Positions 52,001-61,092 of a stretch of DNA of 64,000 nt are shown in pieces. Under the pieces are notes generated by a model. It saw only the letters and a program-made list of their open reading frames with translations. It did not search any database and was not told where the DNA came from. The DNA lies in assembly GCA_023484515.1 (NCBI GenBank), contig JAMDAY010000030.1:1320-65319 (forward strand), in the 5' to 3' direction. This stretch comes from Patescibacteria group bacterium. Lineage in GTDB: Bacteria > Patescibacteriota > Doudnabacteria > UBA920. A program made the translations under genes and the position numbers. Each line of letters begins with the position of its first letter. Positions within the stretch are counted from its first letter, which is position 1.

Positions 52001-53354
52001 TGACTTACTCGCAATGAAAGAATTTGCCGAAAAGTACGCCGATGCGGATGGCACTTATTATAGCGCTGAAGTGTTAAATAGGTTTTTATTTGGCTATCTC
52101 GGCCAAAGTGAACAATCTATGCGTTTTATGGCTGAAGATATGGAGCAGTTGGGTAAGGACACAGGACATTATGAATATTTGGGCCACGCCGTTTACGATC
52201 CCGATACCAACACATTTAAGAGAGGGATGGAGGTGTTAGGTATGACAAAGGGTGTAGGAGGCCGTAATATTGAGGAGCTTAAAAATACCCACCAGGCTGC
52301 TTTTGCCATTGGAGAGCTAAAGAAAGTGGGTGGTCGGCAGAGGGCTGGTATCGCCCCCCATAATTTAATAACCTTGCGGGCAGAAGTTGATGAAAATGGT
52401 TTTAAAACCAAAGATAAAACTTTGTATGATATTACAAGGAAAGGTAGGGCAGACGGGGAGTTAGATGAATATCAATTAGGTGCTATTGGTATATTTGATC
52501 CTGCAACCTTGCGTGACGCACATTTTGCGCAATCTCGCCTAAAGGAATGGATTTATTCTTTGGAGGTGGATCAGACGACTGGAGAAGTGGTTGTTAAAGA
52601 TGATGCTGACGCTGCAAGGATCTCGTCAATCTGGAAGGTTAATCCGTCTTTTATGAAGCAAATGTATTCGCAAATCACTGGAGTAGATGTTAAAGATGTT
52701 ACGGGGATAAGGTTAAGAAAGGAAGACGGAAGCGGAAAAAAGACAGAAATGAAGATAGGTAATCCATCGACAATGCCAATGCCTGTAGGTAACGAAGTGA
52801 CAAATGATGTCATAAAAGATAAGAGAATCGGTTTAAAAGATGAACAAAAAAAACGCATAGATGCTTACCTGCCTTCTATAGTTAGTTTGCTATATACGTG
52901 TAAAATAGATGAAACTAAGGCGCGACAGGAGCTTAAAGCAAAATGCGGTATAGAAGAAGATAAATTAGAGCAGCAAATTATAGATAGAATTCACGAAAGT
53001 ATTGCGATGCAGTTAGAACAACGATATGATCCGCGCGCAGTAATTGATGCCGTTGATAGCAGGATTGTTAAGGAAAAGCACCACGGCCATGCAAGCGAAG
53101 GATTACCCCAAGGCTTAAAGTTTAATTTTAATACCAGGATCTTGCATCGGTTAAAGGAGGCGTATGGAAAAAGAAAGAGTTTGCAAAAAAAAGATGTTAG
53201 GGAAGCTATTCAAAAAGCATATGGTGACTTGGTTGAATATTATGAAGGTAAACCTGAAGAAGGCAAGGTGGCGGAAATTGAGCCCGGAGACTTAGATAGG
53301 GTTGCAGAGCACGCAGTCCCGATATCCAGAGGAGATTTGGAGACATTAGATTGA
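49089..53354 (+). CDS. giant VirB6/TrbL-like membrane protein
   Basis: W..IRNVCN.VF...LIIAALLINFS...RVVALWILLMVSPIA...WW..F core; long N- and C-terminal extensions. Confidence 0.75.
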   Translation: MLQKLKLKANLNIFKKLASLLLLAVFAVPLLKPLVAKAASGDTLYGKWYDASEIKLESHVDVWEDGQWHNDYNFLRVGNEPGKSSFKVRIRLILRSPETLTFAGNQWIGSPVRDGVKAPDKNGAFGGQNIYGLVGEGSAWGLKENVVCEDRNVAAIWRVWHTENIAFCYDKKEGEPNSRSDKREDASVTYKAGDEIYHNEISFQQKDFEKLGIVSPTSGDYRLFDFQVWPELVVNTGDHSLSDYVIAGAEGVIAGKAINQSAGIAESVAKGVNGAAAKALDLVKQIKNKLLTPSQATEELAKTMPQLSAQEAKAVAEAMINNFSKLSPTGTITRDMLDTVSSSIVRELAAKGMSQEASLAVANEALRQMAALAGKDAPKIVGATGEALERAAVQAAKTEAEKEAAKVAARTVAKTVAGQVVKGALKFVSVAGWAWTVADIIVYATSFENGPITYYSGNTHDVYIQVFKTEAAALAQKGEAPPDGVIINNGGKIGSGQNPTPSGSPLLGAVNELIGIVIGFLNELIYVIFYWLIAPLLEAMLSIHVYTDVFVAVIYPGWIVIRNVCNIVFIVALIAIAMGTLFRVESYQFRHLLVQLIIAALLINFSLVIAQAVLGLADTVQAQFLPDNLTVVRSLGRDMMLSYRDNSSGSITGVTSVSMSSLAMNGTFATTVKPLFYLALALGSFAVFAAITAYLVIRVVALWILLMVSPIAYAAGVLPTTSHYRSEWWGQFIKYAFFTPIMAFFLNIAALINDQQANNPVLKTVSSADFGGSTVAPFVFKVGSNILLLIFLVVALKVAEQFGIAGASTINKWAKEGIYAPFKGAGFLAQRGKGWATRKWNEKTVHWFLEGEGEKKPRSALSKAAFAMLNPVSFFKGWGKRAEELQHEAQEIAHAGGREVAEQMLTMGKLKIPYRQFVERSAENNYLKDYENMRKESLMTAAVAATNMHGAEGEMRKRAIVKAAAKNGYLDDLLAMKEFAEKYADADGTYYSAEVLNRFLFGYLGQSEQSMRFMAEDMEQLGKDTGHYEYLGHAVYDPDTNTFKRGMEVLGMTKGVGGRNIEELKNTHQAAFAIGELKKVGGRQRAGIAPHNLITLRAEVDENGFKTKDKTLYDITRKGRADGELDEYQLGAIGIFDPATLRDAHFAQSRLKEWIYSLEVDQTTGEVVVKDDADAARISSIWKVNPSFMKQMYSQITGVDVKDVTGIRLRKEDGSGKKTEMKIGNPSTMPMPVGNEVTNDVIKDKRIGLKDEQKKRIDAYLPSIVSLLYTCKIDETKARQELKAKCGIEEDKLEQQIIDRIHESIAMQLEQRYDPRAVIDAVDSRIVKEKHHGHASEGLPQGLKFNFNTRILHRLKEAYGKRKSLQKKDVREAIQKAYGDLVEYYEGKPEEGKVAEIEPGDLDRVAEHAVPISRGDLETLD

Positions 53355-53372
53355 CTATTTCTAATTTAAAAC

Positions 53373-55085
53373 ATGCTAAATTTAGCTTTCATTAAAACCT
53401 TAAACCTGGAATCGCTGAGATACTTGGACGAAGAAACTTTGGTTTCTCCGGCATGTTTGGCTAAGCTGGAGGAAATGTCGGAAGATATGGCTTTTGAGTA
53501 TGAGGCGGGGCTGGCTGCGGAGTTTTATGAAAAGCTAAGTCAACTTATTACACAATATCAGGATGGTCTTAAGCAAAATCCCGACGCGCATAACCGCTTA
53601 ATTGCCGTGCTTTGGAAGGTCTCTTGGAAAGCTTTGCCTGCCTTGGGCTTGAAAATTCGGCGGAACATTTTGAGCAATAATCTGGTATATGCCTTAAACC
53701 GGGGCGTGGACGTAAAGAATATCCTCAGGAGGGTTTTGGATCCTTACGAGGTAGCGTTTATCCCGGAAGAAAACCAGAGGCGGGAGTTTATCTATTCCCT
53801 GGAATCTAACGAGGAAAAGTTGGGTAAGTCCCTGCTTATGCTTAAGACCGGGGAAAAAGTCCAGCCGACCATAAAAAATTGGCTGGCAAATTACAATATG
53901 CATTCGCCTTTAACGGCAGAACGCGGAGCTTTTCACGAGATCAATTATCTGGACTCAGATTTAAATACCAAAACGCTTTCTCCCCAAGACCGCGAAATTT
54001 TAAGGCAGGTGTTAAATATTTATGACTGGCTGCTGTTCCCGCCATTAACTTCCAGGCACGTAACCGTTAATGAAGAAAGGCAGGTATCCGGTACGCCTTA
54101 CATGAACCAGCAGACCGCGACTTTGTCCAAGGAGACGGGCGAAGCCAAGCAGCCTGAGGCTCCGGTGCCGCCGGGGGTAAGGCCAGCGAAGATGAGGATT
54201 TCGGATTTGATGGCGGAAGAAAAGGTAGGTGACGAGAAAGCGAAAATGGAAAAAGGGCAGGCGGCTGGGGGGAAGGAAGATTTAACGGAAATGCCTTTGC
54301 AGATGCGGCCGCCGGTGGCGCCGGTTAAAGAGGCATTGCCAAGCGTAAACACAACCTCTCTGTCGCCTTCGGCGACATCTCCCCTTAAAAGGGGAGAAGG
54401 GGTGGAGGAAAGGCCTGCGGGGACGACTCTTTTTAGCCAAAAAAAAGAGGACATAAAACCGGCGGAAGACAATAGGATAAATGGGACAAATGAGACAGAT
54501 AGGACTAATAAGACGAATGCGGCAGATATCGCAAACAGGACTGGTGCGGCAAAACCGGTGGAAGTGGTGGAAGAAATTGGGACTTTGAACGAATACCATC
54601 AAATAGCCGGACAAGATGCGGCTCCGGGACTTTCGTTTGGCGGACAGGCGCAGGCGCCTTTTAAGGACAAAGGCATGCATTCGGAAAACCAAAAACCCCG
54701 CCTAAGCGAGGTTGGTTTGGCAAGCTCTGGCGTAGCGCTTGAGCCTGACTTGTCATCTAAAGATAGTATAGCAATTCCTGGGAATTTGTCAAGTCCTGTT
54801 TCTAAGCCTAATGACGGATCAGGTGGTACATCCTTAGGTGGTGGACCGGAGGGGGTTCGAACCCCCAGAGCCATGAATGACAAGTCAGGCTCCGCACCAC
54901 GCCCGGCCCACCTGGATAAATTATATCACAAAGCAGGTGCAATAGCTGCCAATAAAGGCGTTCCCCCCATGGCCGTAAATATGGAAACCATTAAGGCGCA
55001 AATGGAAGAAAAAAAGCGGAAAACGCAGGCGCAAATAGACAGTAAGCTGCAGGAGTTGGAGAAGCGGGTGAATAAGACCCTCTAA
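53373..55085 (+). CDS. hypothetical protein with low-complexity C-terminal half
   Basis: 570-aa ORF; PTIKNWL..Y motif. Confidence 0.7.
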   Translation: MLNLAFIKTLNLESLRYLDEETLVSPACLAKLEEMSEDMAFEYEAGLAAEFYEKLSQLITQYQDGLKQNPDAHNRLIAVLWKVSWKALPALGLKIRRNILSNNLVYALNRGVDVKNILRRVLDPYEVAFIPEENQRREFIYSLESNEEKLGKSLLMLKTGEKVQPTIKNWLANYNMHSPLTAERGAFHEINYLDSDLNTKTLSPQDREILRQVLNIYDWLLFPPLTSRHVTVNEERQVSGTPYMNQQTATLSKETGEAKQPEAPVPPGVRPAKMRISDLMAEEKVGDEKAKMEKGQAAGGKEDLTEMPLQMRPPVAPVKEALPSVNTTSLSPSATSPLKRGEGVEERPAGTTLFSQKKEDIKPAEDNRINGTNETDRTNKTNAADIANRTGAAKPVEVVEEIGTLNEYHQIAGQDAAPGLSFGGQAQAPFKDKGMHSENQKPRLSEVGLASSGVALEPDLSSKDSIAIPGNLSSPVSKPNDGSGGTSLGGGPEGVRTPRAMNDKSGSAPRPAHLDKLYHKAGAIAANKGVPPMAVNMETIKAQMEEKKRKTQAQIDSKLQELEKRVNKTL

Positions 55086-55122
55086 CTTTACGGAATACGG
55101 ATTTTTACGGATATACGGAATT

Positions 55123-55545
55123 ATGAATACAAAATATCAAACGAAAAAAGAAATAATATACGCAGATTTAAGCGGAAAAATTATTGGAATTTTATTCCAG
55201 GTGTATAATGAGCTTGGTTACGGCCATCTGGAAAAAGTATACCAGAAAGCAATTGCTATAGCATTGGCAAAAGCCGGGATGAAGTTCGTTGAACAACTTT
55301 ACGCTCCGGTAGTATTTGAAGGGAAGGTTGTCGGAAAAAATTACTTTGATTTTTTGATAGAAGGTGTTATTGTTTTGGAAATCAAAAAAGGGGATTATTT
55401 TGTAAAAGCAGATATAGATCAGGTTTATAGATATCTGGTGACTAAGAATCTAAAATTAGGCATATTGGCTTACTTTGCACCTCGAACTTTACATTTTAAA
55501 AGAGTAGTTAATTTACGGAATCCGTATATCCGTAAAAATTCGTAG
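55123..55545 (+). CDS. GxxExxY (PD-(D/E)xK-like) protein flanked by inverted repeats
   Basis: LGYGHLEKVYQ, DFLIE..IVLEIK, Q...YL. Confidence 0.92.
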   Translation: MNTKYQTKKEIIYADLSGKIIGILFQVYNELGYGHLEKVYQKAIAIALAKAGMKFVEQLYAPVVFEGKVVGKNYFDFLIEGVIVLEIKKGDYFVKADIDQVYRYLVTKNLKLGILAYFAPRTLHFKRVVNLRNPYIRKNS

Positions 55546-55557
55546 TCCGTAAAGATT

Positions 55558-57153
55558 ATGGGCATAATCCAAACAGGAAAATTAAAAATTTTAATTAAAT
55601 CTTCCGCCATCCTGAACAATGCCGAACGGCAGGAGTGGACTGGTTTGTTGGAATTGATGAACGACAAGCAGCTTTTGGAATTGGAAAAAATTTTGGAAGG
55701 GGCAGAAGAAGACAGGAAAAAAGCGGCCAACGCGGCCGTTCCCGCGGCCATTAAGCCGGCGGTTCCGGCTGTGCAGCCCAAACCCGCCTCCTCACCCAAA
55801 CCCCTCCAACCTCCCCAGGTTCGCAAGACAGCCACGGGAATACCGCAGCCGGGAACCGGCTTTAGCCATATTATGAATCTGCCGCAGTCGCCCATGGAAG
55901 GGGCAAAACAGGCTGCCGTTCCGCCCCAAAAAGCCCAGGCGCCCGAAACCAAACCGGAAAGTCCCGCCAAAAAGAATTTCCTGCAGCGTTTAAAGTTTGC
56001 CTTGTCGGAAAAAGAGCTGCCTGCCCCGCAAAAGGAAAAGAAACCGGAAGCGCGGCAGCAAAAACCAAAAGCTGTCGAGCCGCTATTGCCGAAGAAAGAA
56101 ACGCAGCCTGACGCCATGCCCAAGTCGGCGGCTTTGGCCGAGAAGCCTACTTTGACCGCAAAAAAACCGGCACCGGCAGTGCCTTTGCCGCCCAAACCAA
56201 AACCGGTCGTTTACAAACAGGTTATTGGCACTAAAAATGTTTATTACCAGCATCCGGCTGCGCCATTAGGATCGCCGGCTCCGGCTTCGGTTCCGGCACC
56301 GGCGCCAGCGGCCCAGCCGGATCCAATTGCCGCGACAAAATTACCGGAAGCGGCAAAGCCCGTTGAGCCCGGTATAAAATGGCCGTCGCCGGATTTGGCA
56401 ATAAACATGCAAGAGCCAAAACCCCAAACCGTTGCCGCAGGAAAATTGGAATCGCCGCTGCAGCCGGCCAAACCCGCTACTCCTGACGTTGTTCCCGCGG
56501 ATCGCGAAAGCAAGCCGGCCTCGCCTGTCCTCCCTGCTTCGCCGCAGTCAATAATCTCTCAAATAAAAGCTAAGCCTGCCCCGCTGTTTGCGGCCGAGCC
56601 GGACACTATCAAGAAAGAAAAACCGCTGCCAATTGGGCCAAGCTTTCCCCCGCAGCTAAAACTTTCCGAAAATCTAAAAACCGAAACAAACGAGAAATCC
56701 CCGCAGCAGCCCAAGTTTTTTCCGGGAGTGGATTTGCCGCAAATGCCGGCGAACGTTAAGGCTCCGGTCTTTTCCCGTCTAAAATTCAAGCCGGCCAGAA
56801 CCCAGGAAGCGGCAATTGCTCAGGAACCGGGCGCAAAAGAATGGGCGGGCAAAGAGGCCGAGGTAAAAACCTTGCAGGACATTGCGTATCTTACGGTTCC
56901 GCAATTTAAGTCGTTTAGCACTTCTTCCCTGGCGCAAAAACTTAAAGCCCTTATTTCCAAGCAAGGCTACCATGCGGTTATTTTCAGCCTGGAAAAAAGC
57001 CCGTTGTTTAAGGTCTATGTGGATACCGGCCTGAAAATTCTGGAAGAAAGGCTGGATTTTAACTCCTTGGAGTCCGACCTGAAAAAGACTTATTTGAGCA
57101 AGCAAGAATTTGAGGCGTTTGCGGATTTGCTGCAACAGATTCAGGCGGGATAA
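55558..57153 (+). CDS. Pro/Ala/Lys-rich hypothetical protein
   Basis: folded N- and C-terminal ends with disordered linker. Confidence 0.7.
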   Translation: MGIIQTGKLKILIKSSAILNNAERQEWTGLLELMNDKQLLELEKILEGAEEDRKKAANAAVPAAIKPAVPAVQPKPASSPKPLQPPQVRKTATGIPQPGTGFSHIMNLPQSPMEGAKQAAVPPQKAQAPETKPESPAKKNFLQRLKFALSEKELPAPQKEKKPEARQQKPKAVEPLLPKKETQPDAMPKSAALAEKPTLTAKKPAPAVPLPPKPKPVVYKQVIGTKNVYYQHPAAPLGSPAPASVPAPAPAAQPDPIAATKLPEAAKPVEPGIKWPSPDLAINMQEPKPQTVAAGKLESPLQPAKPATPDVVPADRESKPASPVLPASPQSIISQIKAKPAPLFAAEPDTIKKEKPLPIGPSFPPQLKLSENLKTETNEKSPQQPKFFPGVDLPQMPANVKAPVFSRLKFKPARTQEAAIAQEPGAKEWAGKEAEVKTLQDIAYLTVPQFKSFSTSSLAQKLKALISKQGYHAVIFSLEKSPLFKVYVDTGLKILEERLDFNSLESDLKKTYLSKQEFEAFADLLQQIQAG

Positions 57154-57303
57154 GTACATGAATTATGAAGTATGAATTAGGAATTAGGGCATTGGATCTA
57201 TCCATAATTCATAATTCCTGATTCGTAATTCTATTATTTTATAGAGAAATACTTGTCAATTCGGAAAGTAAAAATAATGTGTTATACTTAACATAAGTTA
57301 CAA

Positions 57304-57762
57304 ATGCAATTTCCTGTGCCACAATTTACGGACGTGGAGGACAAAATAATCGGCCCGCTGACCATTAAGCAGTTTGGGATTCTGTTTGCGGGCGGAATAT
57401 TCGTGTTTTTGGGGTATTCGGCGACCAAAAGCGTTGCGGTGGGCGTGGTTTTCCTTATCCTGTTCGGAGTGCCGGCCTTAGGGATTGCCTTTGCCAAAAT
57501 AAACGGCAGGCCATTGTATACTTCTTTTATGTTCCTGATAAAATTTATAACCAGCCCCAAGGTTTTGGTTTTCCACAAGGGCTATGACAGCGCCATGGGG
57601 CTGCGGCAGCCGGCAAAAGGCAAGGTTGCGGAAGTAAAAGCCGAAGAGCCGGCAAAATTGGCAGGTCCTCCCCAGGATCCCAAATCCCGCTTGGCGGAAA
57701 TTAACAGCTTGCTGGAAAAAAAGGTTTCGGAGGAACGGGAGTTGCTTAAGAGGATACACTAG
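57304..57762 (+). CDS. PrgI family protein
   Basis: MQFPVPQFTDVEDKIIGPLTIKQF, 2 TM, INGRP. Confidence 0.88.
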   Translation: MQFPVPQFTDVEDKIIGPLTIKQFGILFAGGIFVFLGYSATKSVAVGVVFLILFGVPALGIAFAKINGRPLYTSFMFLIKFITSPKVLVFHKGYDSAMGLRQPAKGKVAEVKAEEPAKLAGPPQDPKSRLAEINSLLEKKVSEERELLKRIH

Positions 57763-57787
57763 AATGTTGAATCAGGAATTAGGAATT

Positions 57788-58186
57788 ATGGAAACTGCAA
57801 ATAAGGCCAAAAGCAAAATACAATCTTTTACCGATTTAGATGCCTGGAAAGAAGGACATAAATTGGTCTTGGTAATTTATGAAATGACAAAGGAGTTTCC
57901 AAAAGAAGAAATGTTTGGTTTGGCAATCCAGATAATAAGAGCGGCGGTTTCCATTACTTCCAATATTGCGGAAGGCTTTAGCAGGCAATCATATAAAGAC
58001 AAATTGCATTTTTATTCTATGGCTTTAGGCTCTTTGACAGAAGTTCAAAACCAACTGTTAATATCCAGGGACATAAAATATTTGTCCAGTCATAATTTCC
58101 TAGAGATTGCTAATCAAACCGTAAAGGTAAGCAAGATAATCAACGGCTTAATCAAGAGTTCCAAAACCATAATTCATAATTCCTGA
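57788..58186 (+). CDS. four helix bundle protein (23S rRNA-IVP/Avd-like) flanked by inverted heptamer repeats
   Basis: SFTDLDAW...FPKEE.FGL..Q..RAAVSI.SNIAEG...GSL.E. Confidence 0.92.
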   Translation: METANKAKSKIQSFTDLDAWKEGHKLVLVIYEMTKEFPKEEMFGLAIQIIRAAVSITSNIAEGFSRQSYKDKLHFYSMALGSLTEVQNQLLISRDIKYLSSHNFLEIANQTVKVSKIINGLIKSSKTIIHNS

Positions 58187-58203
58187 TTCCTAATTCCTCT
58201 GCA

Positions 58204-58917
58204 ATGAAAAGTGAAATGCAAAACAAAAAAAAGGCGCAGGTTAAGTCCACCCAGAGCTTTCTGCGCATTAACGAGATAAAAAACGACACCGTGGTCTTGG
58301 ACGACGGGACTTTGCGCGCCATTATTGCCGTTTCCAGCACCAATTTTGACCTAAAAAACCAGGACGAGCAGAACGCCATTATTTTCAGCTTCCAGGGGTT
58401 TTTGAACGCCCTGGAATTTTCCGTGCAAATTTTAATGCAAAGCCGGAAAATGGAGATTGGCAATTATTTGGACAAGTTAAAGCGCCTGGCCGAAAAGCAC
58501 ACCAATGAACTGCTGCGCGTGCAGACCGTGGAATATATTGAATTCATTAACCGCCTCATAGAGAACGCAAGCATCATGAATAAGAATTTTTACATTATTG
58601 TGCCGCTGGGCGAATCCATTACGCCCAAAGCCGCGGGTTTTTTCAGTAAAATGTTCGGCAACGGCAAGGCCAGGGAAGTGGCGGAAAAAATGGAAAATTT
58701 TGAGAAGGCCAAGGAAAAACTGGACAACCGCGTAACTTCCATTATGACCAATTTGGGCGGCATGGGGCTGAGGGGGCTAAGGTTGAAAACCGAGGAAATT
58801 ATCCAGTTATATTACAATTCCTACAATTTTGAGGCCGGCCCCATTATAAACGCCGCGCAGCTGGCCGGAGTGCAAATGGAGCTGGAGGCAAAAGGAGAAA
58901 AAGCCGAGGAAGTGTAA
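58204..58917 (+). CDS. VirB4/TraC N-terminal-like T4SS protein
   Basis: STQ.FL.I.EI....V.L..G.LR..NF.LK..EQ; homologous to N-terminus of 10143-12542. Confidence 0.75.
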   Translation: MKSEMQNKKKAQVKSTQSFLRINEIKNDTVVLDDGTLRAIIAVSSTNFDLKNQDEQNAIIFSFQGFLNALEFSVQILMQSRKMEIGNYLDKLKRLAEKHTNELLRVQTVEYIEFINRLIENASIMNKNFYIIVPLGESITPKAAGFFSKMFGNGKAREVAEKMENFEKAKEKLDNRVTSIMTNLGGMGLRGLRLKTEEIIQLYYNSYNFEAGPIINAAQLAGVQMELEAKGEKAEEV

Positions 58918-59033
58918 AATGCTAATATCAAAATGGAAAATGAAAATGTAAAATGTTAAATTGCCATAATAACAGTATAAATTCTTTTGGGTGTCATTTT
59001 ATATTTTGATTTTTTTACTTTAAATTTTTATTT

Positions 59034-60878
59034 ATGTCATTATTTGGTTTTAAATCCGAGGAAGAACTGGAAGCCAAGAAGGCGGAGGTTAAGGAGCTGG
59101 AGAGCGAAAAAAACCTCAACCAAAAGCTGGGCGATTTGGAAAAGACTTACCGCGAGGGCATGACCACGCTTAAGGACCTGCTGGCCCCGGCCGCCTTGAA
59201 ATTCCAAAGTTCTTATTTTGAATTGAACGGCAAGGTGGCGCGCAGCTTTTTTGTGCTGGCTTACCCGCGGTTTCTGTCCACCAACTGGCTGTCGTTCATT
59301 ATCCATGCCGAAGGCGCCATTGACGTGTCCATGTTCATTTATCCCATAGATTCGGAAACCATCCTGAAAAAATTAAAATCCAAAGTCGGGGAAATCGGCT
59401 CGCAAATGGCCATTAACCAGGAAAAAGGCCAGGTGCGCGACCCCATGCTGGAAACGGCCTACAAGGACGTGGAAGGCTTGCGCGATGCGCTGATGCAGGG
59501 CACGGAAAAATATTTCAGGTTCGCCTTGTATTTCACCATTTATGCTGACGACATCAAAGAACTGGACAAGAATTCCGCAACTTTGGAGAGCGCTTTGGGC
59601 TCCAAGCTCGTGGTGACCAAGCGGGCCATGTTGCAGACTCAGGCCGGATTTAATTCCACCTTGCCCATGGGCCTGGACGAGCTGGACGTGGCCAATAATA
59701 TGAACACCAGCCCGCTTTCCACCTGTTTTCCGTTCGTGTCGTCTGATCTGACCAGCAACGACGGCATTTTATACGGCATTAACCGCCATAATAACAGCCT
59801 GATTTTATTTGACCGCTTCGCCATGGAAAACGCCAATGCCGTTATTTTTGCCAAGTCCGGCGCCGGGAAATCTTACGCCGTAAAATTGGAAGTGCTGCGG
59901 TCGCTGATGATCGGCACGGAAGTGATAATTATTGATCCGGAAAACGAATACAAGCACCTGGCCGACGCCGTGGGCGGCACTTATTTAAGCGTGTCCTTAA
60001 ATTCCAATTCCCGCATTAACCCGTTTGACTTGCCCGTGGCCATAGAAGGGGAAAATAACGCGGACGTGCTGCGCAGCGCCGTGGTAAATTTGCTGGGACT
60101 ATTCAGCCTCATGCTGGGCAAGCTTAACCCCACGGAAGAAGCCCTGATGGACAAGGCCTTATGGCAGACTTACGCCAAGAAAGACATTACCGAAAATTCA
60201 GATTTCCGCACCGTGGAGTATCCCACCATGAACGACTTGGTGGAAATTTTGCAGGGCATGGTAGGGGCGGAAAGTTTGGCGCAGCGCCTGACCAAATTTA
60301 CGGAAGGCACGTTCGCCGGCCTGTTCAACCAGCCGACCAACGTGGTGTTAAACAACCAATTGGTCGTATTTTCCATCCGTGACCTGGAAGACGAATTGCG
60401 CCCCATTGCCATGTACATTGTGCTAAACCATATTTGGAACGTGGTGCGCAGCGAATTGAAAAAGCGCATCCTGGCGGTGGACGAAGCCTGGATAATGATG
60501 CAGCACGAAGACAGCGCCCGGTTTTTGTTCGGCATTGCCAAGCGCGGCCGCAAATATTATCTGGGACTGTCCACCATTACCCAGGACGTGGCCGACTTCA
60601 TGGCCAGCCCTTACGGCAAGCCTATTGTGACCAACTCGTCCATCCAGTTATTGCTTAAACAGAGTCCGGCGGCCATTAATATTATCGCGGAGACTTTTAA
60701 TTTGACCGAAGGGGAAAAATACCTGCTGCTGGAAAGCGAAGTGGGAGAAGGCATATTCTTCGCAGGCCTTAAGCACGCGGCCATTAAGATTTATGCCTCT
60801 TACGTGGAAGACCAAATTATAACAACCGATCCCAAGCAATTGCTGGAAATTCAGGAGAGCCAGGAAAAAATAAGCTAA
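59034..60878 (+). CDS. virB4: VirB4-like ATPase of resident T4SS-like locus
   Basis: GILYG.N, AKSGAGKS, IDPENEY, VDEAW, RGRKY. Confidence 0.92.
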   Translation: MSLFGFKSEEELEAKKAEVKELESEKNLNQKLGDLEKTYREGMTTLKDLLAPAALKFQSSYFELNGKVARSFFVLAYPRFLSTNWLSFIIHAEGAIDVSMFIYPIDSETILKKLKSKVGEIGSQMAINQEKGQVRDPMLETAYKDVEGLRDALMQGTEKYFRFALYFTIYADDIKELDKNSATLESALGSKLVVTKRAMLQTQAGFNSTLPMGLDELDVANNMNTSPLSTCFPFVSSDLTSNDGILYGINRHNNSLILFDRFAMENANAVIFAKSGAGKSYAVKLEVLRSLMIGTEVIIIDPENEYKHLADAVGGTYLSVSLNSNSRINPFDLPVAIEGENNADVLRSAVVNLLGLFSLMLGKLNPTEEALMDKALWQTYAKKDITENSDFRTVEYPTMNDLVEILQGMVGAESLAQRLTKFTEGTFAGLFNQPTNVVLNNQLVVFSIRDLEDELRPIAMYIVLNHIWNVVRSELKKRILAVDEAWIMMQHEDSARFLFGIAKRGRKYYLGLSTITQDVADFMASPYGKPIVTNSSIQLLLKQSPAAINIIAETFNLTEGEKYLLLESEVGEGIFFAGLKHAAIKIYASYVEDQIITTDPKQLLEIQESQEKIS

Positions 60879-61092
60879 AGTTACGCGCATATTTTATTCA
60901 AGGTTCACATTAAGAAAAATAAATTTATTCCGGCGCCATTTTGAACAAAGTGAAGGATCTTAACCTTAGCAAAGAAAAGGAGATTCCTCGCTGTGCTTAG
61001 AACGGCGCCGTTGTGTTAAGATTTACGGAAGGCGCAAAGGCTAATAATTTTCTCGGCCGAGAAAATCGTTAGCCATTAATCAATTCAGTTTT

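Noticed and set aside
60932-61010. Degenerate ggcgcc...gaaggatct/agattcctc...ggcgcc repeat element
   Set aside because: Pairing is weak and it is a single copy in the window; cannot support a call
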